The notes below the pieces were generated by a model. That model had not been told where the DNA came from, did not search any database, and saw only the letters and a list, made by a program, of their open reading frames with translations. DNA of 64,000 nucleotides from an uncultured Acidobacteriota bacterium (lineage in GTDB: Bacteria > Acidobacteriota > Terriglobia > Acidiferrales > UBA7541). The position numbers and the translations under genes were made by a program. Where the stretch lies: the NCBI GenBank assembly GCA_963831955.1, contig CAWHSG010000001.1, positions 903,140 through 967,139 of the forward strand, in the 5' to 3' direction. Below, piece by piece: positions 1-7,404 of the stretch (position 1 is the first letter of the stretch; each line of letters starts with the position of its first letter).

Positions 1-800
1 CTAATGGAGCAGCCAGCGCTTTGGCGCCGCGCTTGTTTCGCTCGCTCGGTGCGGACGTGGTGGCCATGAACGATCGACCTGATGGACGCAACATCAATGC
101 AGGGTGCGGATCGCTGCATCCCGAAGTGATGCAGAAAAAAGTCGTGGAGACGCGTGCGGCATTGGGCGTGGCGTTTGATGGCGATGCGGATCGCGCCATT
201 TTTTCCAGCGCTAGCGGAAAATTGGTGGATGGCGATGGCGTGATTCTTTCCATGGGGCGTTACATGAAAGCCCGCGGGACGCTGAAGGGCTCGACGATCG
301 TCGGCACTACCATGGCTAATCTAGGTCTCGAGCGGGCACTGGAAAGTTCGGGGTTGAAGCTGGCGCGCGCGGCCGTGGGCGATCGCTACGTGTTGGAAGA
401 AATGCAACGGATCGGCGCGAATTTGGGCGGAGAGCAGTCGGGGCATATTTTATTTTTGGATGATGCCACCACCGGCGACGGGATGCTTACGGCGGTGAAG
501 ATTGCTTCTCTGATTGCCGCCGAAGGGCCGCTGGATTCGCTGGTTTCGGATTTGAAGATTTATCCGCAGACGATTGTGAATGTGAAGGTGAGATCGAAGC
601 CGCCGCTGGATTCGCTACCAGACGTAGCCTCGACTCTGGCCGAAGCCCAAAAAACTCTTGGCGATTCAGGCCGCGTAGTCCTGCGCTATTCCGGCACAGA
701 GAAATTGGCGCGGGTGATGGTAGAAGCCGAGCGCGATGAAGACGTCCAGCGCTGGGCCCACGCCCTAGCCGGCGCCCTGCGCACCGCCATCGGCGCGTAG
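1..800 (+). CDS. glmM: phosphoglucosamine mutase, C-terminal part (5' end outside window)
   Basis: The ORF is open to the window edge. The translation (GVAFDGDADR, GGEQSGHILF, RYSGTEKLARVMVEAE) matches the alpha-D-phosphohexomutase/GlmM domain II-IV pattern. Confidence 0.85.
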   Translation, partial: NGAASALAPRLFRSLGADVVAMNDRPDGRNINAGCGSLHPEVMQKKVVETRAALGVAFDGDADRAIFSSASGKLVDGDGVILSMGRYMKARGTLKGSTIVGTTMANLGLERALESSGLKLARAAVGDRYVLEEMQRIGANLGGEQSGHILFLDDATTGDGMLTAVKIASLIAAEGPLDSLVSDLKIYPQTIVNVKVRSKPPLDSLPDVASTLAEAQKTLGDSGRVVLRYSGTEKLARVMVEAERDEDVQRWAHALAGALRTAIGA

Positions 801-810
801 CCCCTCTTTC

Positions 811-840
811 GTACCGCTGGCGTCCCGCCGGCTCTTACGA
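811..840 (+). repeat. degenerate REP-like palindrome (family A variant, GTACCGCTGGCGTCCCGCCGGCTCTTACGA)
   Basis: Resembles the GTAGCGCCGGCGTCCCTGCCGGCATCTTACGA elements seen 8 more times in the window. It lies 10 nt after the glmM stop. Confidence 0.5.
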
Positions 841-1184
841 CCCGCACGTAACCTACATTCCGAAATCAAGTTCGGCGCGAGCTCGTAGGCCTTTCCTTCT
901 TTCGTAGCGGTGCGCTTCAGCGCAGCAGCATTTTCACCGTAAAGCCATCGTTGAGCCATATCGTACAGGTGCCCGGGTGCCGCACGCGCCGTCTTTGCGC
1001 GTGGGAGCGGGCGCCCACGCACGCGTGTGTCCCGGAACAGCCAACAATTTCACCGTCCCCCGGGGAACTTTTCAACCGCAATCGGCATTACAGGTAGTGA
1101 GCGCCGAGTTACCGAAGCAATCGATCGACGCAAGATTACGCGGTGGATTCGTTCTAACGCTTAGGCTGCAAACAGGGCCGAAAA

Positions 1185-1245
1185 GCGGGAGGGTCTGTCA
1201 CACGGATCGTTAAGGCGCGATTTGGATGATAAGACCCTCCCCTAC
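1185..1245 (-). repeat. REP-like hairpin family B, long-loop variant (GGGAGGGTCT-35 nt-AGACCCTCCCCTAC)
   Basis: 10-bp perfect arms at 1187..1196 and 1232..1241 with a 35-nt loop. A homologous copy lies at 31206..31266 and short-loop copies at 52426 and 63865. Confidence 0.7.
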
Positions 1246-1848
1246 GGGAAGAGCTGCGAAATCATGCTACGCGACGAAGAACTGATGTTGGCGTTTCAGA
1301 AGGGCTCGACGGAGAGCTTCTCGGAATTATTTTTGCGCTATCGCGATCCGCTTTTCGGATTCTTCCGCCGGCGGCTTTCGAATCCTACCCGGGCTGAAGA
1401 ATTGACGCAGGAATGTTTTCTGGCGGTGCTGCTAGGCGCGGAGCGTTGGGAGCCGCGAGCTACATTTCGGACTTATCTCTATGCCATCGCGCTGAAATTG
1501 ACGGCGGCGGAATACCGCAGATCGCAGCGCGAGCTGGTGCGGGCCACCGACGCCGATGGAGTCGGCCAGCCAAATGCCACCGAAGCAGACCTCAGAGTCC
1601 GCCGCGCGATTGCGGCGCTTGATGCTGAGCACCGCGAGGTCGTCCTGCTTCGAGAATTCGAAGGATTGAGCTACGAAGAAATCGCCGCCGCATTACGCAT
1701 CCCCATCAACACCGTCCGCTCGCGCCTATTCCGCGCCAGAATGTCGCTCAAAGAGCTGCTCGACCCGAAACCCCAAAAGCTGCACCGCGAAAAAGAAGTT
1801 TCAGGCAAGCAAGCGCCAGCCATCCAGGAACTAAGGCAGGAACCATGA
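1222..1848 (+). CDS. ECF-type RNA polymerase sigma factor (sigma-70 family, group 4)
   Basis: Region 2 (FSELFLRYRDPLFGFFRRRL, ELTQECFL) and region 4 (REVVLLREFEGLSYEEIAAALRIPINTVRSRLFRAR) are recognisable. The TTG at 1222 lies inside a repeat, so ATG 1264 is an alternative start. Confidence 0.85.
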   Translation: MDDKTLPYGKSCEIMLRDEELMLAFQKGSTESFSELFLRYRDPLFGFFRRRLSNPTRAEELTQECFLAVLLGAERWEPRATFRTYLYAIALKLTAAEYRRSQRELVRATDADGVGQPNATEADLRVRRAIAALDAEHREVVLLREFEGLSYEEIAAALRIPINTVRSRLFRARMSLKELLDPKPQKLHREKEVSGKQAPAIQELRQEP

Positions 1849-3122
1849 ATCGCACTGCACACGAAATCGAACCCGAAGAAGTAATGGCTTATCTCGACGG
1901 CGAGCTGGAAGCTTCCCGCGCGAGCGAAGTCGCCGCGCACATCGCCGCTTGCACCGAATGTGCGTCGGTCGAAGCGGATCTGCGCGCAGTTTCGAGCCAA
2001 CTCATCCAATGGCAAGTAGAAGCTGCTCCGCTGTCCCTCGCAAAATCGATTGAGCAATCGATGGCGAAGCCCCGAACGGCGGCATCCGTGAATGCGCGAG
2101 AACGTAAAGGCTCGATCGGTGCGTGGCCTCGCTTGGCTGCTCGCCAGTGGGCGTGGAAATTGGGCCTCGTCAGTGTCGCGTTATTGCTCGTCGGTGCTGT
2201 CTATATCCAGCACAGTTCCAGCCGGCACATACCGGAATTGCAGACGTTTACAGGTCTGCGCACCGCAGCTCCTACTGCGCCATCGGCCGCCAACACCGAA
2301 ATGAGCCCTGACGTGCCGACGATGCAAAAGCTTCAGGCGCAGGAACAGCTCTCGGAGAGTCTGGAAAAGGATGCCGCTCCAGATTCCGCAGCTCCCGCCG
2401 GATCTCGGACGCCAGCACCGACGCCCGGGCCGATGATTGCGCGGACGGCCTCGATGAATTTGGTGATCGGCAAGCTGGATGTGGCGCGGGCTTCACTCGA
2501 GAAACTCCTGGCGCGCCATCACGCCTTCGCGAGCGACATGACGCTCGATCAAAGCAACGATGCCTCCGCCTCGCTAAACGCCACGCTCCAAGTTCCGTCG
2601 GCAGAACTCGATGCCACGCTCAGCGATCTGCGCGCGCTCGGCCGCGTTTCGACGGAATCGCAAGGCGGCGAAGACGTGAGCGACCAACACGTAGATCTAG
2701 CCGCGCGCCTGCACAACGCCCGCGAAAGCGAAGAGCGCCTACTCGATATTCTCCGTACGCGCACAGGAAAAGTAAGCGACGTCCTCGCCGTAGAAGAGCA
2801 AATCTCGCAAACGCGCGGCGAAATCGAGCAAATGGAAGCGCAGCTGGCGAATCTTGATAAGCGCGTAAGTTACGCGTCCATCAAGCTGCAAATGGCCGAA
2901 GAATATAAAGCGCCGGCGGGAGCGAATGGATCGGTAGCGCTACGATTGCGGAACGCCATCGTCAGCGGCTATCGCGACGCGTTCGATAGCCTGCTGGCCC
3001 TCGCCGTATTCCTGCTGAGCGCGGGACCGACGCTGTTAATTTGGGCGTTCATTCTCTTCTGGCCAGCGCGGGCGATCTGGAAGCGGCGCGGCGCTTTGCG
3101 GGCGGCATTCGGAAAAAGCTAG
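1845..3122 (+). CDS. anti-sigma factor, N-terminal zf-HC2 motif with C-terminal DUF4349-like coiled-coil/TM domain
   Basis: ATGA overlap with the sigma gene. HIAACTECASV matches the H-x3-C-x2-C zf-HC2 motif. There is a central TM segment, a coiled-coil region and C-terminal hydrophobic helices. Confidence 0.7.
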   Translation: MNRTAHEIEPEEVMAYLDGELEASRASEVAAHIAACTECASVEADLRAVSSQLIQWQVEAAPLSLAKSIEQSMAKPRTAASVNARERKGSIGAWPRLAARQWAWKLGLVSVALLLVGAVYIQHSSSRHIPELQTFTGLRTAAPTAPSAANTEMSPDVPTMQKLQAQEQLSESLEKDAAPDSAAPAGSRTPAPTPGPMIARTASMNLVIGKLDVARASLEKLLARHHAFASDMTLDQSNDASASLNATLQVPSAELDATLSDLRALGRVSTESQGGEDVSDQHVDLAARLHNARESEERLLDILRTRTGKVSDVLAVEEQISQTRGEIEQMEAQLANLDKRVSYASIKLQMAEEYKAPAGANGSVALRLRNAIVSGYRDAFDSLLALAVFLLSAGPTLLIWAFILFWPARAIWKRRGALRAAFGKS

Positions 3123-3182
3123 CGGCGGCGGTAGGGCTCGTGATTCGACCCAAGTAACGATTGTGCCTGTGCTAGGCTGAAG

Positions 3183-4540
3183 AGTCTGTGTGAGAACTCG
3201 ATTTGACGCGTCTCTTATACTGCACGGGAGAGGAGACGCGATGGCTAAATTTTTGGAGTACCACCCGGACCAGGCGTATTTGTTGCCGCCGAGCGTTCGC
3301 GATGTGCTAGGGCCGAAAGCATCTGTGCTTTTACATCCGCAAGGTGCTGGCGAAGTTGAACCTGAGCGCATTCCGCGAGGAGTACGGCGTGGAGGGCGGG
3401 CCGGCGTACGCGCCGGAGTCGCTGGTGGCGGTGTGGTTGTATGCCTATGCGTTGGGCGTGACCAGTTCGCGGCGTCTGGAGCAGCGCCTTCGCGAGGATT
3501 TGGCGTTCCGCTATTTGGCGGCCGGCGCGACACCGGATCACTGGACATTGAATGATTTTCGCCGCCGGCACGCGCGAGGATTGAACGATCTGTTCACGCA
3601 AGTGGTGGAAGTGGCGCGGAAAGCAAAAATGGGGAAGCTCGGGCATGTGGCCATTGATTCGACGCGCATCGCGGCGAACGCTTCGCGGGATCGCATCGAC
3701 ACGGAGCAGAAGTTGCGGGATCAGCGGGCGCGCACGCGGCGAGCGATCCGCCGCTGGCAGAAGCAATGCGATCGGGACGATCCGAATGAGGGCGCGGGAA
3801 TGGATGTGGGCGAGGCGGTGATGGAACGGCTGGAAGAGCAGCTGGCCGCGATTCCCGAGCGGCTCGAGCGGCTGCGGAAATCGGGTTTGAAGAAGCTGTC
3901 GCGCACCGATGCGGACAGCCGGTTTTTGAAGGAGCGCGGCGGATTCAAGTTGGGCTACACGGCCACGCTGGCGGTGAGCGAAGATCATTTGATTTTGGCG
4001 CAGCGCGTGACGCAGGAGACCACCGACAACCAAGCATTGCTGCCGATGGTGGCCGAGGTGCGGCGGCAGTGCCGCCGAAAACCTAGACGCGTGAGCGCGG
4101 ACAGCGGATTTTTCTCCATCGACACGGTGAAAGCGCTGGAGCAGAAAAAAATCGACGCCTACGTTCCAGATTCGAATTTGGCGCGCTGGTTGAATCGCGG
4201 AGGACGGCTGCGGACGCGAGCGAGCGATCCGGCGCATCGCCGCATGAGGCGTAAGCTGCGCGATCCGGCGGGACAGAGAATTTACCGCCGCAGGAAAGCG
4301 ATCGTCGAACCGGTGATCGGAATACTGAAAGCGCAGCGAGGGAGGCGCGCATTCGCGCGACGCGGCCTGCCGCAGGTAGCGGTGGAGTGGGCGCTGGCGG
4401 CCACCGCCTACAATCTGACGCGTCTGTGGCACAGCAAGAAGCGCCGCGCGAAGCGCTGATCCACGGAAGGCGCAAGAAACCTGAGAGCTCATGATCGATT
4501 ACGCAAACTAAATCTGGGGCATCGAGTCTTCACACAGACT
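3183..4540 (+). mobile_element. IS element, IS5/IS1182 superfamily, copy 1 (1358 bp, frameshifted transposase)
   Basis: Imperfect terminal inverted repeats AGTCTGTGTGAGAACTCGAT / ATCGAGTCTTCACACAGACT. Flanked by direct CTGAAG at 3177..3182 and 4541..4546. Almost identical to 24326..25682 on the other strand. Confidence 0.9.
3241..4459 (+). pseudogene. transposase (DUF772 + DDE, IS1182-like) disrupted by a 1-bp insertion
   Basis: Reading is split between ORFs 3190..3555 and 3344..4459. Copy 1 has GCCGAAAGC (AAA at 3316..3318) where intact copy 2 has GCCGAAGC. Confidence 0.85.
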
Positions 4541-4648
4541 CTGAAGCCCGCCGCTACGAGGGCGGGGTCTCTCTCAATATAATTGACTTCGAAGCTACTC
4601 TCCTGTAATTCCTATCGCGCATAAGCACTCTATCGAGGATTCAACACT

Positions 4649-5542
4649 ATGCGTAATGGCGTGGCAATTGTTGCCCTGCTGTTCGGTTTCGCGGCGCCTT
4701 GCGTCTGGCCACAGGCGCTCGCGAGCGATCGCGGGACTAGCCCGCAAAGCGGCGCGGTAGCTTCAACCCAGTCGTACCCCCATTCGCCCGACGGAATGAA
4801 AGCTCAAGTCGAAAATCTTTTCGCGGCTTGGCGGACGCAAGACCCGCAGCAAATCTCAGCCGCCCTCGAACTTTTCAGCTTGCCCGACGCCGATGCCTGG
4901 TTCGCGCAAGTATTCGGAACGGACAAAGCGAAACAGTTGTCGGATGACTTCAAGAGCAGCCTGAACGGATTTCAGTCGCATATGAAATGGATTTCAGGGA
5001 ATTGGGCGTCCAAGCCCGGCGTGACAGTAAAGATCGAAACTTCCGAACTGCCGGTGCCGCCGAAATCCGGAGGCGACGAAGCCGTGCTGCCGAGCCCCAT
5101 CGCCGCGATTAAAGTCGAGAACTTTCGCTTTGACGTATCCGCGGGCGGAGACAGCGCTCCTTCGTGGGTGAATTCATTTGTGTACCGCGATGGAACTTTC
5201 CGGTCGGTCGGCGGAACGTATCCTTTTTGGCATGAAAAATTGCAGGGCATCCGGACGCGCGCCGAAGTACTAGCCACGGTGCGGCAGGTAGTGGCGATTC
5301 ACACCGTACCGGCGAAGTATCCTTCGGAGGCCAAGAAGCAGGGTATTAAAGGCGATGTGACGTTGAGCATCGTGGTCGGTGCCGATGGCAAGGCGAAAAA
5401 TATACAACTCGTGGATGGAAATCCTCTGTTGGCCAAAGCGGCGGAAGACGCCGTCAAGAAATGGAAATTCCAGCCGTATCAGATCGAGGGACATGTGCTC
5501 GAAATACCAGTCAAAGTCAAAGTGCCCGTGGTTCCGCAATGA
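4649..5542 (+). CDS. secreted protein with C-terminal TonB_C-like domain
   Basis: Signal peptide MRNGVAIVALLFGFAAPCVWPQALA. C-terminus PAKYPSEAKKQGIKGDVTLSIVVGADGKAKNIQLV...AVKKWKFQPY fits the TonB C-terminal fold pattern. Confidence 0.7.
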   Translation: MRNGVAIVALLFGFAAPCVWPQALASDRGTSPQSGAVASTQSYPHSPDGMKAQVENLFAAWRTQDPQQISAALELFSLPDADAWFAQVFGTDKAKQLSDDFKSSLNGFQSHMKWISGNWASKPGVTVKIETSELPVPPKSGGDEAVLPSPIAAIKVENFRFDVSAGGDSAPSWVNSFVYRDGTFRSVGGTYPFWHEKLQGIRTRAEVLATVRQVVAIHTVPAKYPSEAKKQGIKGDVTLSIVVGADGKAKNIQLVDGNPLLAKAAEDAVKKWKFQPYQIEGHVLEIPVKVKVPVVPQ

Positions 5543-6465
5543 TGTCGGCGACGCGCTTCCCGAAGCTCGTTCTTTTTTCGATATTGCTAAGCGCGCTCGC
5601 GATACCCTCGGCCCGAGCGTTCCCGGATAGCGGCCAAGCACCTCAGCTTCCTCAGTATCCGGATACCGCGGAGGGACTCACTTCGCTGACCCATGACTTA
5701 CTCGACGCGATGAAGAAGGGTGACGCGGCAACTACAAATGCCTATCTCAGCTCGCTGGTGCTTCCCAATCCCGATTCCTGGTTCTCCGGTGTCTTCGAAA
5801 AGGACTTGGGGCGTGAGTCGGCGGCGGAATACACGGAGATGCTTCCATCGCTACCGGCGATGTTAACGGCCGCATTTCAGGACATCGCCGCCAGCGGCGC
5901 AACGCCGGTCAGCGGCATTCGTTTCGCAGAGGCATGCGATCGCGAGATCGACGGCAACATGCTCGTGCTGCTCTCGATGCGAAAACGCGACAAGCCTCTC
6001 TATGAAATTCGTTATGGCGCGGGCGCAATGCAGCGCGCGATCTGGGCCTTCGCCTACGTGGATGGCGGCTTCCGCTACATTGGGAACACGCGTCTTGGAT
6101 TCGGCAAACCGCCGAAAAGCCCTGCCGCTGCCGCCGAGGTTTCCGGGCAATCGAAGAGTGAGCATTCTGCACATCAACGAGTGTTAGTGGGCGGCGAGGT
6201 GCAGCGCGCGAAAATGATACGCCAAGTTCAACCGGAATATCCCGAAGTGGCGCGGGCGAACCATGTGGCCGGCACGGTAATCCTTCACGCCGTCATCGGA
6301 AAAGACGGAACCGTTCGGCAGATTCAGGTGAAGCAGGGACCTTGTATGTTGGACGAAGCCGCGATCCGCGCGGTCCGGCAATGGCGCTATGCTCCTACTA
6401 CATTGATGGGTGAACCGGTAGAGGTAGACACCACGATCTCGGTAACATTTACCTTGAACCATTAG
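5539..6465 (+). CDS. secreted protein with C-terminal TonB_C-like domain (tandem paralog)
   Basis: ATGATG start overlaps the previous stop (ATGA). Signal peptide MMSATRFPKLVLFSILLSALAIPSARA. C-terminus QPEYPEVARANHVAGTVILHAVIGKDGTVRQIQV...AVRQWRYAPT. The N-terminal domain is similar to the upstream gene. Confidence 0.7.
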   Translation: MMSATRFPKLVLFSILLSALAIPSARAFPDSGQAPQLPQYPDTAEGLTSLTHDLLDAMKKGDAATTNAYLSSLVLPNPDSWFSGVFEKDLGRESAAEYTEMLPSLPAMLTAAFQDIAASGATPVSGIRFAEACDREIDGNMLVLLSMRKRDKPLYEIRYGAGAMQRAIWAFAYVDGGFRYIGNTRLGFGKPPKSPAAAAEVSGQSKSEHSAHQRVLVGGEVQRAKMIRQVQPEYPEVARANHVAGTVILHAVIGKDGTVRQIQVKQGPCMLDEAAIRAVRQWRYAPTTLMGEPVEVDTTISVTFTLNH

Positions 6466-6797
6466 TAGAGGGACGGGTTTGCCAAGACGTTCGACGGTTC
6501 AGCATTGATCGAATTACCGGGCTCTCGTGGCGGCACGCGCGAGAACCACAGATCCGGAATATTCCAAAGAGCATAGGCGGAACGTTAAAATTGTGAGAAA
6601 TCGTAGCGCGCGAATATCGGCTGACGCGTTACGGTCTCCTAAACTTAACGTAAACCTAGTGGATTCATAGGATCGTGCGGGGACCAATCTGCCTCACCGC
6701 TCTGGCATGGGGCGTGCAGCACAGTCAGCGGCTGTCTCTTCTTCCCGGGGTGGGCCGGTTCCGCCGCGCCGGAATCGGATACTGGGGGATAGAGCAT

Positions 6798-6829
6798 AGG
6801 GGTCCCGTACGCGGGACCCCTTTTTATTT
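6798..6829 (+). terminator. rho-independent terminator (orphan, about 330 nt after the nearest + strand CDS)
   Basis: GGGGTCCCG-TACG-CGGGACCCC (9-bp GC stem) followed by TTTTTATTT. Confidence 0.7.
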
Positions 6830-6879
6830 GCGGGCCGGCCGATCGCGATTCGTTCGCGCCGCGGCGTCACAGCGGCCTT

Positions 6880-6903
6880 GTAGCACAGCTGCTCTTGGCT
6901 GAG
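6880..6903 (+). repeat. REP-like palindrome family C (GTAGCACAGC...GGCTG)
   Basis: GTAGCACAGCTGCTCTTGGCTGAG. Related copies at 17166, 32609 and 32682. Confidence 0.55.
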
Positions 6904-6986
6904 TTGAATTTTAGACGCTTCGCTACGCGCGGCGTCAGGCCATACTAACGGCCACAGGCAGAGGTGTCGGCGCTACAACGGCCCCA

Positions 6987-7397
6987 CTACGACGTTAGTG
7001 GTAGTTGGTCGATCGATGCGGTGTGCCAGACTTTGCGGTAAGCGTAAACATACACCGAATCGCCTGCAGCGTTCAGCAACGCAGTGTCTGTGCCAACAAT
7101 CTCAGCAAAGTGCTTCTCCACGAGGTACGCCATCTCGGCGCTATCCGCCTTTGAGAACACGTAGTTGCCGTCCTTCAAATCCACGGCCTGGCCCGACCAG
7201 CCGCGCAGCAGTGGCTCGCGGGAAATACCTACGCAGAAATCCGCTGGTGCCCCGCCCAACTGGCGCATAAACATTTCAAGCCGGTGGGTGATTTCGCGGG
7301 CGCGCTTCGCGCCCAGCTCGCCGAGAAGGATATTCCATTTCACCGATTCGATGACGTCGGGCGCGAAGGGCGATTGTCGGTCCGCAGGCCGCAACAA
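6987..7397 (-). CDS. hypothetical protein encoded immediately downstream of nrdJ
   Basis: 136-aa ORF with a TTG start 7 nt after the nrdJ stop, on the same strand. No family recognised and no clear RBS. Confidence 0.4.
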   Translation of the reverse strand: MLRPADRQSPFAPDVIESVKWNILLGELGAKRAREITHRLEMFMRQLGGAPADFCVGISREPLLRGWSGQAVDLKDGNYVFSKADSAEMAYLVEKHFAEIVGTDTALLNAAGDSVYVYAYRKVWHTASIDQLPLTS

Positions 7398-7404
7398 TTG
7401 TTTT

